The translations under genes were made by a program, and so were the position numbers. Below the pieces are notes generated by a model. That model did no database searches. It had not been told where the DNA came from and saw only the letters and a list, made by a program, of their open reading frames with translations. This document shows, one piece after another, positions 27,735 to 37,514 of a DNA stretch of 64,000 bases; the first letter of the stretch is position 1; each line of letters opens with the position of its first letter. Source of the DNA: a virus; IMG/VR virus record IMGVR_UViG_3300021440_000003, positions 8,402 to 72,401 of that record. One strand, given 5' to 3'.

Positions 27735-30700
27735 TCAGTAGCCTTTGACAGTCAAATCCACGGTCGCGCCGGACACTGCGACGTGGGAAGAATTGTACAC
27801 CTTGACCAGTCTGCTGATCTTGTCAATCTCCACGGTCTCGCCCCCAGACAAGTTGGCTTGCAGGGTGGCCTGAATGTTGACGACTTTGGTGAAATTGCTG
27901 GTCAGCGGGATGGTGGTTCCGCTCGCGCTGATGGGCAAGTCGTTCACTTGCTCCTCGATGTCCGGCGCGTCGATCACGAACGCCATGTAGGTGATCTTGG
28001 GCTGCACAGTTGAGGGTGTCAATGTGACACGGAACTGGTACACATCAGCAGTGGCGGGAATCTGGCCGGGCCAAGGTGCCCATGGTGTGGCATCCGCGTA
28101 GGTTGGGTCATTGTCCGGCCCGTAGAAGCTGCCGGAGTTGGATGAGCCGTAGAAACTGCTGGAGTCCAGTCCGAAGAAAGAGCCTGGCCCAATGATGCGG
28201 TACTCGATCGTGGTGGTGGCCGCACCCTCGGTAGTCAGCAGCAGCGTGGCGTTGCTGCCAGTCAAGATGGTCGGTGGGACATACCCAAGCGTGGTGTACA
28301 CCAACTCACCCCAAGACGCAGGGTCGTAGAACGGGTAGTTGTCCCCGATAGCGGAGCCGCCGCCAGTGTCGGAGTGGTAGAAGCTGTCGTTGTCCGGCCC
28401 GTAGAAGCTGTCCAGCCCGGTTGCAACAATGTTACCACCAGAGATCGACCCACCGGTTATCGTACCGGGGTAGCCCAAGGCATCCAGGTCGAAGGTCACC
28501 AGCACGTTGGCCAGAGCAGCGTCTCCGAGGTCGGTGATGATGTACGCTGGATTGACGGACTCGTTTCCGCTGGTGTCCACCGCCTTGATGAGAAGCGTAA
28601 CCGGGCCGGTCGGCAGTGTGGTCATGCTGTATGGCGTCTCGGTCAGGAAACCTGAGTGCATGGGCGTGGCACTGGCCCAGTTGACGTTGTTCCCAACATG
28701 GAACCGAACTTGGTAGCCACGCAGATCAAGCACGGACACCGGGGTCCAGGCTAGGGTAGTGCCGTAGATGGTCAGTGTTGGTACATCTGGAGGCGGGGAT
28801 GACTTGCCAATGATGGTGTGAGTGAGATATGACCAGTCTCCGCTGATACCTAGGGTAGCATTGAAGACCCGGGCACGAACCGTGTACGCCTCACCGTCCT
28901 GCACACCGGAGAAGTACGTAGAGCCATTCGACATGGCCACCGTAACGGATTCCCACGTATTGGTGACCGTCTTTTTGGCTTGTATTTCGACGAAAGATGC
29001 GCCAAGGTAGCCAGTCTGCTGCCACGATACTTTCAGGCGAGACACAATGTCGCCCGACCCAAGCACCAGCAGCACATCCTCCCCAGACTCCGCAGCCAGA
29101 CCTTGCACCAAAGGGATGGAGAACGGGTCTGGCAAGTCGGTGTTGGGTGTCTCATCCTCAACAACAGCGTCTGATTGGTCCCAGATGGTGGGGTCGTCCT
29201 CTTTCAAGGCCAGCTTGATGGGTTCCCCCACCTTGTACGACTTGTCCAGCACCCTGAACACCTTGTTGGTCATGCCGAACAAAGGCAAGGTCAAGGTCAG
29301 GCGGTCGCCGGGGCGCAAGCGCCAGGCCGCGTAGGAGAAGTCAGCCGTGATGGACAGAGCGTTACGCGTGTCCTCCATGTGGATGCGAGCCAAGTCGTGT
29401 ACACCCTGCACGTTGTTCGTGTAGGGGTAGTCCACGTCGATTACAAGTTCTTCCCCGTCGGACGCCCGGTATTTGGCGTTGGTGTACGGGGTGTAGTCTG
29501 TAGGGACGTATTGGTTGGCCGGGCTGGAGTAACGGCCGCGAACCAAGTTGTACACGTCCACCAAACCAGGACCGGCATTGACGGCCAAGGACCCAACAAC
29601 AGCATCTTGTTGTAAAGCTACAACAGGTGCGCGGTACTTGCCAGCGTAGACGCTCCAAGTGGTGGCGTCCAGAGTGCCAGCCATCGAATCTGCCATCAGC
29701 TCAAGGATCTTTTTCGGAGCCTCGCCCGCCGTCACCACACCGTTGAAGGTGTAGCGCTTGCGTGTGGGTGTGCCTACCATGTCGTCGCAGTCATTGGCAG
29801 CGGCCGAGTAGTCGCTCATGGGAATGGACACGTCCGGCACGCCGATGTACGGGCCGCGCAGGTAGTCCAGCATCACCAGAGCAGGGTTGTCGCTCCACGC
29901 CGTGACGCCTGTGCGGGGGTCGTACAGCTTCTTGCCGGAGATCAACGCCTTGACGGAGGGAACTCCGTTCTGGAACTCGGGCTGGGTCAGGTTCAGGGTG
30001 ATGACCAAGTAAGCGTGCCCGGGCAAGGTGTGGTCGGCCGTCCATTTGGCTGGAAGGATGTTTTGTAGGTACGAATCCGCAGGCTCCCCCGGGGTGCCAA
30101 GGTGCTTCTGGATGTTGAGCTTGGAGTTAGACGTAGACCCACTAGAACCATTCAAGCTACCAATGTAGTTATAGCTGATGGTATAAGTATCAATAATACG
30201 ATAGACGCTTGGGCTAATAGTGACTAAAGTACCTGAAATGGTAAAATCTACAGGTACTGTATATCCATCTTCGTTCCTACGTACCGATACTGAGCCCGGA
30301 ACGTAATTACTTGGCAGTGTCCAAGTGTCTACTTGGTACATATTCTCAGAGATAGACTCGTTAGTACCATTGTAGTACACACCGTTGTACACCCAACCAT
30401 CATTATTGAGATCACCAACGAGCTTATCAGCTATGTAGATCTCATGGTAAGCAGTGATTTCATGGGCGGCCATTTCCACCACGAGGTGCTTGAACTCGTC
30501 GTTGTCCCCGCTGCTGAAGATGGCCACCACGTTACCGCCTACCATGTCCTTACCGTAAATGGTGCGGTAGTACTGCTCCGTGGTCACATTGGTGACCGTA
30601 CGGTCTTGCAGGGATGCAAGGGCTGCGGCCTGCGCGGCGGAGGCGCGGGCAGCCAAAGCAGCCTTGGCTTTCTTCTGTTGAGCATTACCGAATAGAGTCG

Positions 30701-30848
30701 CCCCGATCATAAAAGCGATCCGGCCGTAGGTCACACCCAGCACAGCCACAGTGGAGAAGAAGCTGGTAATCGAGGAAACTACCGCCGCTTCAACGGCGAA
30801 AGCCGAACCCGGCAGCAGGGCCAGCAGGAGCAATAGAACCGCCTTCAA
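27735..30848 (-). CDS. central tail tip / host-specificity protein (gpJ-like)
   Basis: TTG start overlapping the upstream TGA; IYG, GKKLYDPR, WSDNPAL, FN3-like C-terminal domains. Confidence 0.85.
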   Translation of the reverse strand: MKAVLLLLLALLPGSAFAVEAAVVSSITSFFSTVAVLGVTYGRIAFMIGATLFGNAQQKKAKAALAARASAAQAAALASLQDRTVTNVTTEQYYRTIYGKDMVGGNVVAIFSSGDNDEFKHLVVEMAAHEITAYHEIYIADKLVGDLNNDGWVYNGVYYNGTNESISENMYQVDTWTLPSNYVPGSVSVRRNEDGYTVPVDFTISGTLVTISPSVYRIIDTYTISYNYIGSLNGSSGSTSNSKLNIQKHLGTPGEPADSYLQNILPAKWTADHTLPGHAYLVITLNLTQPEFQNGVPSVKALISGKKLYDPRTGVTAWSDNPALVMLDYLRGPYIGVPDVSIPMSDYSAAANDCDDMVGTPTRKRYTFNGVVTAGEAPKKILELMADSMAGTLDATTWSVYAGKYRAPVVALQQDAVVGSLAVNAGPGLVDVYNLVRGRYSSPANQYVPTDYTPYTNAKYRASDGEELVIDVDYPYTNNVQGVHDLARIHMEDTRNALSITADFSYAAWRLRPGDRLTLTLPLFGMTNKVFRVLDKSYKVGEPIKLALKEDDPTIWDQSDAVVEDETPNTDLPDPFSIPLVQGLAAESGEDVLLVLGSGDIVSRLKVSWQQTGYLGASFVEIQAKKTVTNTWESVTVAMSNGSTYFSGVQDGEAYTVRARVFNATLGISGDWSYLTHTIIGKSSPPPDVPTLTIYGTTLAWTPVSVLDLRGYQVRFHVGNNVNWASATPMHSGFLTETPYSMTTLPTGPVTLLIKAVDTSGNESVNPAYIITDLGDAALANVLVTFDLDALGYPGTITGGSISGGNIVATGLDSFYGPDNDSFYHSDTGGGSAIGDNYPFYDPASWGELVYTTLGYVPPTILTGSNATLLLTTEGAATTTIEYRIIGPGSFFGLDSSSFYGSSNSGSFYGPDNDPTYADATPWAPWPGQIPATADVYQFRVTLTPSTVQPKITYMAFVIDAPDIEEQVNDLPISASGTTIPLTSNFTKVVNIQATLQANLSGGETVEIDKISRLVKVYNSSHVAVSGATVDLTVKGY

Positions 30849-31219
30849 TTGAGGCTCCAGAACGCCGCAGCAGCAGATTGTGGGTAGAACTGGAATCCAG
30901 AAGGTATGGAAACACCAATCACGTAGGGGCCAGAGACGATACACATACCCCCAAGTGTACTGGGAAGCAAGGCCAGGTCTCCGTCTTTAGGTGACGTACG
31001 CAGCTTGGGGCCAAGTCGGGCAGACACCCCAGACTCCAGACCGCCAACGGATGAGATCACCCGCATGGCGGCTACCTTGTTGTCCCACGTGGGCAAGTCT
31101 GATAGAACGTGCCTGCCAGTGCAGTACGCTACCCACTCCGATGCGAACATCACGCAGTCGTGCACACCCCACTCGAACGGGGTGTAGAGCTTGCTCATGA
31201 GGTACTGGTCCAGCTTCAT
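30845..31219 (-). CDS. tail assembly NlpC/P60-like protein
   Basis: FEWGVHDC..FA, GD motifs; position between minor tail genes. Confidence 0.7.
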   Translation of the reverse strand: MKLDQYLMSKLYTPFEWGVHDCVMFASEWVAYCTGRHVLSDLPTWDNKVAAMRVISSVGGLESGVSARLGPKLRTSPKDGDLALLPSTLGGMCIVSGPYVIGVSIPSGFQFYPQSAAAAFWSLN

Positions 31220-31803
31220 CACAACCCCGATTTCTGGAATTTCTTGGAAAGCCACAGCTGGGGGTTGGCAAGCAGATCAGCCTGATACACCATACCCAAG
31301 CTGCCTGGGCTCAGGCTCTGGTGGGTGATGTTGTTCAGGCGCAGGTTGCGCGGGCGCTGCAACCGGTCGGCCGCAGGCTTGCAACGGACCGTCACCGACC
31401 CACCGCCGTCCTTGCCCACGTCCACCACCATCTGGTCAAGGGTACCGTTCCAGCACATGACCGGCACATCGACCAGCACGCCATCTGCCAAGGGGCAGAT
31501 GTACAGACGGGCGCTCTTGCCCCTGTAATCCGTAGCCGGAACCAAGGTCATGGCCAAGATTGTGGGGTCCGCTATGTTGAGCGTCAAATCAATCGGGGAC
31601 GACTCCAGCTTCACCATCTCCTTGACATCGTTGATGGCGCTCAACGTACCGGCCCCGATCCACGTGTTACTGCCCCATACCAGGTTCTGGTTCCAGGTGG
31701 TGAATCTGATGGTAGCCGCCCGGAACTCCAGCTCGGCGAAGAAGGCGACACTGATGTACTGGGCGGACAGCGCATTTTGCTGCGCCGTGGTGAGCGTGAA
31801 CAC
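31219..31803 (-). CDS. minor tail (hub) protein
   Basis: W...WIGAG, G.LD.M motifs; synteny downstream of the distal tail gene. Confidence 0.7.
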   Translation of the reverse strand: MFTLTTAQQNALSAQYISVAFFAELEFRAATIRFTTWNQNLVWGSNTWIGAGTLSAINDVKEMVKLESSPIDLTLNIADPTILAMTLVPATDYRGKSARLYICPLADGVLVDVPVMCWNGTLDQMVVDVGKDGGGSVTVRCKPAADRLQRPRNLRLNNITHQSLSPGSLGMVYQADLLANPQLWLSKKFQKSGL

Positions 31804-31804
31804 G

Positions 31805-32419
31805 TCAGATTCTCCAGTCTTCGAGCAGGTCGAGCGACGCGCCGCTCACCACCACTGTGGAGTAGTCCCACCCGACCTCTGGCTGCTGCTGCCGAAACAA
31901 GGCGGTGGGCTTGTCCCACACTACAGCGTCGTTCGTGGCCCTTGCAGTACGGTTGGCGGGGGCAAAGCTCACGGTAGCCGTTCCGGTGCCCGACAGGGTG
32001 ACGTCGGAAGTGACCATCACTACTTGGCGGTCATACCCGGAGCCAAGTCCAAGATAATCCCCGGCCTTGAGGGTCGTGTTGGCCTGCCCAGCCCCTGCAG
32101 TGATGGCCATGCTGGAGACCCCCGCAGCAAGTGAGCTGGATAGGGTGGGGCTTCCGCGCATGGTCCCTATGGGGGCTGGGCGACCGACGTTGTGCAGGGC
32201 GAGATGGTTACGGTTTCCCTCAAGCTGCATCAGCAAGGCTTGGTACGGTCCAGACTCGGCACTCGTCAACTGGTCGAACGTGACAGCGACCTTCCACAGC
32301 GGGTATCCGCCGTTGATGCCCTGCACGCCGAAGATGCTTCGGTGCACCACGTCTTGGGACATGCGAGACCAGCGCATGTCACTCACTCGTAGGGTGGAAG
32401 GGAAGCTCAGAATGGTCAT
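31805..32419 (-). CDS. distal tail protein (Dit-like)
   Basis: Immediately after the tape measure; L.G......L, LKAGDY, P..R motifs. Confidence 0.7.
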   Translation of the reverse strand: MTILSFPSTLRVSDMRWSRMSQDVVHRSIFGVQGINGGYPLWKVAVTFDQLTSAESGPYQALLMQLEGNRNHLALHNVGRPAPIGTMRGSPTLSSSLAAGVSSMAITAGAGQANTTLKAGDYLGLGSGYDRQVVMVTSDVTLSGTGTATVSFAPANRTARATNDAVVWDKPTALFRQQQPEVGWDYSTVVVSGASLDLLEDWRI

Positions 32420-35400
32420 CGTTGCAAGGCTCCAGATTGTTCAAGTTGGTCCACCAAGCGGGCGTTGCCTGCCTGGACAGCTTGCCCGACCAGCGCCCGG
32501 ATCTGGCCTTGGTCGGACCGGCTGTCAATGTTGACCACCAGATTCTGTGAGATGGTAACACCACCCATGCCGCCCAGCTTCTCAGCCGGTGTGATTACAC
32601 CCGAATTTGCACCAGTCATCAGGTAGTCTCGGCCACCCATGGAGAGCAACTCGGTACCACGCTCGTTCACTTCATAGACCGAGCGCGGGTTGACTGAGCC
32701 TCCAGATGCGAAGCCAGCCAGTGCCATCACCTCTGCGGATGCTCCGGAGTCGGACGTTACACCTCCACCAAACAAACCGGAGAACAGACCGCCAATATCG
32801 CCCTTGGCCAGAGACCCGCCAAGGGAGGACATGATGCCCCCGCCGACGCCGCCAAGCAGGTTGTCCATCATGCCCTTGACGATCACAGTGAGTGGGCGCT
32901 CCAGCAAGGCTTCTTGCAGGTAGTTGCGCAGCTTCTGGCCACCTTCCTTGCCGCCCTTGAGCAAGCTGGTGGTGATCGAGCTGGTCAACGCTGCGCTGGT
33001 GTCGGCGGTGAACTGCTTGATGTCGTTTTCGCGTTGGGTCTTCATCGCATTGACCTTGGCCATCTCGGCCCCGACCTCTCGGCGCTGGATAAGAGCCTGC
33101 TTGTTGGCTTCCGCCTTGATGCGATTGTCCACCGCGTCTTCCCACGACGTGCGGTTGCTGGCTGTCTCACTTTCGGCCAGTAGATTGCTCCACATGCGCT
33201 CGTTGTTCTGCGCCTCGGTCACCACTTTGTTGTAGCCTACCAGCTCGTCAGCGTACTTCTTCAGGTACTCGATCTTGGCCTTCGCCCCAGCAGCTTCGAC
33301 GTCAGTCATTCCAGCGGTGAACACCGTGGGCAGGGCATTCTCGGCAAGCTGCGCATCGTGCTTGTCCATGGCCAGCACAATCTTGTTGTACTCGCCTGTC
33401 GTGGCCTCCCGGTAACGCTTGAGGTCTTCGTAGCGGGCCAGTCGGGCACGCTCGTCTTCGGTACGGGCAGCGTCGCGCAGCGCCTTGCCCTGCGAGTTGT
33501 AGATGGCTTCCTTGGCAGCGGCCAGATCCTTGACCTTCATCTTGCCCAAGGCTTCCAGCTCTTTGGCAGTACCTTGGTTGATGGTGGCCACCTTCTCGTT
33601 GTACTCATCCTCGATGGACTTGACACTGGCAGCCACCGCCTCTGCGTGCGTGCGCAGACCGGCCTTTTCTTCAGCGTCGATCAAGCGGCGCTGGGACGCG
33701 TACGAGCTGGAGATTTCCTGCAAAGCGGAGGACAAGTCCTTCTTGGCGTACCCGAGGTACGGTGCTCCGGTGATGTTGTCTTTCAGAGACAGGTTACCAA
33801 ATTGGTTCTTGGGTGCATTGAGTGCTTGGTTGTACTTAGTAGCCTCCGCCACCTCCTTAGACGCCAGCTTGTGCCCGGCGATCTGGAGATCAAGTTTCTT
33901 CTCAAGATCAATCAAGTCCGCGATCTGTGCGTCCAGGTCGGCCTTGCCCTGTACTCGGTTGTACCCGGTGCTGGCACTGAACGGTTCATTACCGGTAGAT
34001 GGCAGGTCCATGCGGTCGCGCTTGGCTTGCAGGGCTTCTCTGGACGACTTTGCGTCAGACTTCGCCTTACCGATGTCGCGCTCGCGCAACAAGTCCTCAA
34101 GGGAAATGTTGCGGCGCAGGGCTTCCGACTTGTCGTTGAGCGCCTTGGTCTCTTTCTCAAGCCGGTCGATCATCGCCTTGGCGGTGTTCTCAGCCAGGTT
34201 ACTCTGCGCCGACTCCAGGGCCTTGCCACTGAACAAGTCGTACAGCTGCCATGCGGTGATGGCCAAGCCGATCACGGGCAGGAACCTGGAAATCCATGCG
34301 ATTGTGGAAGCGACCCCGGTGGCGGCCGTCGTCATGGCAGAAGCGAACGCGGAGGTACCAGTGGCGGCCGTGGTCATGGCTGCGCCGACCGTGGTGACCT
34401 GCTGCGCCATGTTCATTTTGGACATGGCCGTCATGTCCACAGCCGTCTTCAACCCCAACATGGCAGAGGTAGAGGTCTGGATTCCCATGGCAAGTTGTGT
34501 GAACTGGCTTCCGGCGAACATGCTCAACTTGAGAGCCACCCAGCCCGCACCGACGACAGCCAGCACGTCAGCCCACTTCACCAGGAACACGATGGTTTCA
34601 CCGATGCCCACGATGAGCTTCTGAAGGCCAGACTGCATCTCCGACGACTGGAACATCTCGCGCAGTCGGGTGGACACGTCCAGGATGTAGGGCTGGGCCG
34701 AGGTGAAGGCTTCGACCAAGGCAGCCTGCCACGAGCTGGTCACCGACATCATCTGGTTCTTGCTCGTCAAGGCCAGCTCGGCAGCTGCTTGTGCCATGAA
34801 ACCGAAGTGGTCCTCAATCTCGGCACGCATCTCCTGCGCCCGGGTCATGCCGCCGTACTTCTTCTGATCCTCGGCTGGCTTGGCCAGCGCATCAGATGCC
34901 TCCACGATCAGCTTACCACCACGCTCGCTGGTCAAGGTGTGGCGCAAGCGTTGGCGCTCCTGCGCGTCTCCGATCTTGTTGATGGCGACCGTGTACTCCT
35001 CGGCCAAGGTCAGCAAGTCCTTGAACTTCTTGGTGTTCTCGTCCAGGGCGCTGAACTTCAGCTTGTCCATGGCGTCTTGGGCAGACTTAGACCTACCAGA
35101 CATATCCACATACATATTGCGCAGCGCCGTACCAGCGCTGGAGCCGCCAATGTTCAAGTTGTTGAGCATGGCCACACCGAGGGCCACGTCCTCCAGGCTG
35201 ACGCCATATTCCTTGTGCACCACCGAGGCGGTTTTCATGGCTTCGGTGATCGACTCGACAGAGGCTTTGGAGGTGGCCGCTGTCTTGGCGATCACATCCC
35301 CCACGTAGGAGAAGCTGCGGGCGTCCAAGTTGAAGGCCGTGGCAATACCCGTCAGCGCCTCGGCGGCTTTCTTGGAGTCCACGTCACCGGCCACCGATAG

Positions 35401-36627
35401 ATTCAGCACGTCACGGATGGCATAGCTGGCGTCGGTGGCATTCTGCCCGGCCAAAGCCAACGTCTTCATGCCCTCGGCAATCGCTTGGGGGCCGATGGGG
35501 CCAGACCGGGCCATCTCCAGCATCTGAGACGTCAGGGCGGCTGTATCGGCTGTGGTGTACTGCGCCAGCACGCGCATGGTTTCCAGCGTGTGATTGACCT
35601 CGGAACCCTGCTTGATCGTCTGCACAAAGGCGTTGCTGATCGCCGCGCCAGCGAGCAAGGGACCCATGCGGCCCCACGTCAGCCAGAGCAAGTCGAATCC
35701 GCTGGCCAAGCCCCGGGCGGCGGAGCGCGCGTCGTTGGCGTGCAACGCGAAACTTTGCAGGTTCGTGTTCGTCAGCTGCGTCAAGGGGGCCATCTTGGCC
35801 TTCTTGGCAGACAGCGACTCCACCTGAGCGCTCAAGTTGGACAAGGAGCCAGTCGCCTGTGCGGCAGCCACGGCACTCTGGCCAAAACTTTGGGTCAGGG
35901 CGTCCGCCGATTGGCCGGAGTCGAGCCCGCGTAGGACTCGGCCCTGTACTCGGTACTGAGCACGGGGGTCCATCTGTGCGTATCGGTCGTCCAGCGACAG
36001 TCTCAACCGTTGCGACATGGTTGTGTAGCTGCCGGACGCAGCATCCGTTGCCGCCTTAACTTGGGCCTGGATACCGACGAACCGTGAGGTCTCAGCGTTC
36101 AGCGCCGCTTGATTGGCTACCTGGATCTCACCTTGGGTAGCCCGCATACGCATGTTTGCCAACCACTTGTCGGCATTTTCACGGGTATCTGCGTCTCCCA
36201 GCATCTGGGTCGTGCCCACCTTGGTCTTCAAGCGGAGCAACCACTTGTCTGCACCCTTGCTTGAGCCTTCATCGAACCCATCCCCGAACGCCTTGCCAGC
36301 ATCCGCCCCCGCCTTGGCCGCAGGCGTACGCACATTGCCAAGCGAATTGGCGATCTGGTTGGAAATCTGTGTGCCCATCTGGCCAAAGGTCACCACAAAG
36401 GTGCTGGCCAAGGCTTCGATGCTGCGCGTCATTCCGGCTACGCCGGACGACATATTGTTCATTGCAGTCGCCATCTGCATGATGGCTTCGCGGGACTCTG
36501 TAACCGCCGTGCGCGTAGCACCCTGCGATTTGGTCATGCGGTTGCTGTTGGTCGTTATCTTGTCGATAGCATCCGCAATACGCTCTAAAGCTACAGCATT
36601 TTGCGTGATCTCAACAGAGGTTGTCAT
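32416..36627 (-). CDS. tail tape measure protein
   Basis: About 1400-aa Ala-rich helical ORF; TP901-like core (GSSAGTALR); C-terminal GFASGG...VNERGTEL. Confidence 0.93.
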   Translation of the reverse strand: MTTSVEITQNAVALERIADAIDKITTNSNRMTKSQGATRTAVTESREAIMQMATAMNNMSSGVAGMTRSIEALASTFVVTFGQMGTQISNQIANSLGNVRTPAAKAGADAGKAFGDGFDEGSSKGADKWLLRLKTKVGTTQMLGDADTRENADKWLANMRMRATQGEIQVANQAALNAETSRFVGIQAQVKAATDAASGSYTTMSQRLRLSLDDRYAQMDPRAQYRVQGRVLRGLDSGQSADALTQSFGQSAVAAAQATGSLSNLSAQVESLSAKKAKMAPLTQLTNTNLQSFALHANDARSAARGLASGFDLLWLTWGRMGPLLAGAAISNAFVQTIKQGSEVNHTLETMRVLAQYTTADTAALTSQMLEMARSGPIGPQAIAEGMKTLALAGQNATDASYAIRDVLNLSVAGDVDSKKAAEALTGIATAFNLDARSFSYVGDVIAKTAATSKASVESITEAMKTASVVHKEYGVSLEDVALGVAMLNNLNIGGSSAGTALRNMYVDMSGRSKSAQDAMDKLKFSALDENTKKFKDLLTLAEEYTVAINKIGDAQERQRLRHTLTSERGGKLIVEASDALAKPAEDQKKYGGMTRAQEMRAEIEDHFGFMAQAAAELALTSKNQMMSVTSSWQAALVEAFTSAQPYILDVSTRLREMFQSSEMQSGLQKLIVGIGETIVFLVKWADVLAVVGAGWVALKLSMFAGSQFTQLAMGIQTSTSAMLGLKTAVDMTAMSKMNMAQQVTTVGAAMTTAATGTSAFASAMTTAATGVASTIAWISRFLPVIGLAITAWQLYDLFSGKALESAQSNLAENTAKAMIDRLEKETKALNDKSEALRRNISLEDLLRERDIGKAKSDAKSSREALQAKRDRMDLPSTGNEPFSASTGYNRVQGKADLDAQIADLIDLEKKLDLQIAGHKLASKEVAEATKYNQALNAPKNQFGNLSLKDNITGAPYLGYAKKDLSSALQEISSSYASQRRLIDAEEKAGLRTHAEAVAASVKSIEDEYNEKVATINQGTAKELEALGKMKVKDLAAAKEAIYNSQGKALRDAARTEDERARLARYEDLKRYREATTGEYNKIVLAMDKHDAQLAENALPTVFTAGMTDVEAAGAKAKIEYLKKYADELVGYNKVVTEAQNNERMWSNLLAESETASNRTSWEDAVDNRIKAEANKQALIQRREVGAEMAKVNAMKTQRENDIKQFTADTSAALTSSITTSLLKGGKEGGQKLRNYLQEALLERPLTVIVKGMMDNLLGGVGGGIMSSLGGSLAKGDIGGLFSGLFGGGVTSDSGASAEVMALAGFASGGSVNPRSVYEVNERGTELLSMGGRDYLMTGANSGVITPAEKLGGMGGVTISQNLVVNIDSRSDQGQIRALVGQAVQAGNARLVDQLEQSGALQR

Positions 36628-36633
36628 GGCATG

Positions 36634-36663
36634 AAAATGGCGGGTTATAGGCCCCGCCATTTT
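36634..36663. promoter_or_regulatory. perfect inverted repeat between the chaperone and the tape measure start
   Basis: AAAATGGCGGG-8 nt-CCCGCCATTTT. Confidence 0.5.
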
Positions 36664-36666
36664 AGC

Positions 36667-37020
36667 TCAGGAAGTAGCTTTCGCTGCTGCCGCCCGCTTG
36701 GCATACTGCACGTCAAGCCATATTCGGTCGAACATGAAGACGTATTCACGCAGTTCTTCGCTGTCTGTCACCGACAACTGGTGCAGTTGGCAGTGGGCAA
36801 GCAGCTCAGACACGGGTATTGGAAGCGGCTGGCCCTCTGTGTACGCCCGGCTACGGGCCAGCTCTTGGTACTGGTCGTAGTAGTAAGCAAGGTGGGGCTC
36901 CAGAGTAGGTGCAGTCAGCAGAGCTTTTGGGACAATCCCCATCTCCTCTGCTGTCTTCTGCAAGAACTCCATCTGGTCGCCCCACTCAGCGAGCCACTCG
37001 AACAGCTCCCTTACTTTTTT
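36667..37020 (-). CDS. tail assembly chaperone gpT-like segment, reached by -1 frameshift
   Basis: The -1 frame from A AAA AAG reads KVRELFEWLAEWGDQ into ORF 36667-36972; GQPLPIP.SE motif. Confidence 0.8.
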   Translation of the reverse strand, partial: KKVRELFEWLAEWGDQMEFLQKTAEEMGIVPKALLTAPTLEPHLAYYYDQYQELARSRAYTEGQPLPIPVSELLAHCQLHQLSVTDSEELREYVFMFDRIWLDVQYAKRAAAAKATS

Positions 37021-37415
37021 GCGTCGGCCTCGTCCTGCTCGGTTTTGAAGTTGGCCATCTCAGATGCTTGGACGTGGACCCATTCCCGGAAGTCCTTGAC
37101 GCCAAGCAGCAGCTTGGCGTTGGCCTTGCTGTACTCCAGCTTCTCGCCTTTGAAGGTCATGTCACCGCGCCAGCCAAGCAGGATGGTTTCGGCGTATGTG
37201 TCAACAGTGATTTCATCAGACTTCTGCTCGGCCGCATCCGATTTGGTCTCGATCACGCGCTTGTGCAGCTTGTACTGCTGGGCAAACATCTTGGCGAATT
37301 TCTTGTTGCCGAAGCGGGCAATCAAGAACTCAACGTCGCCAGCATAGGGGACCCATGTGCCGGATTCTTCAGCAGCGGTGTCAGTTGCAAAGTCAGAAAA
37401 GATGTCGATGGACAT
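37011..37415 (-). CDS. tail assembly chaperone (gpG-like)
   Basis: Between tail tube and tape measure; G.W, ILLGW.G, YS..NA..LL; ends in a slippery site. Confidence 0.85.
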   Translation of the reverse strand: MSIDIFSDFATDTAAEESGTWVPYAGDVEFLIARFGNKKFAKMFAQQYKLHKRVIETKSDAAEQKSDEITVDTYAETILLGWRGDMTFKGEKLEYSKANAKLLLGVKDFREWVHVQASEMANFKTEQDEADAKK

Positions 37416-37455
37416 TGAATGTTCTCCAGGGTTAAAGACCCTCGAATTTTAGAGC

Positions 37456-37481
37456 AAAAAACACGGGCGCAAGCGCCCGTG
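37456..37481 (-). terminator. intrinsic terminator after the tail tube gene
   Basis: CACGGGCGC-tt-GCGCCCGTG followed by T6 on the - strand. Confidence 0.8.
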
Positions 37482-37514
37482 AATGGTCATGTGAATGACC
37501 CCCCAGAGAACTCT

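Noticed and set aside
33358-35400. Long antisense ORFs (e.g. 33358-35400, 14601-16037, 48678-50165, 55445-56911, 58642-60069)
   Set aside because: These are shadow frames of real GC-rich genes on the opposite strand and carry no motifs.
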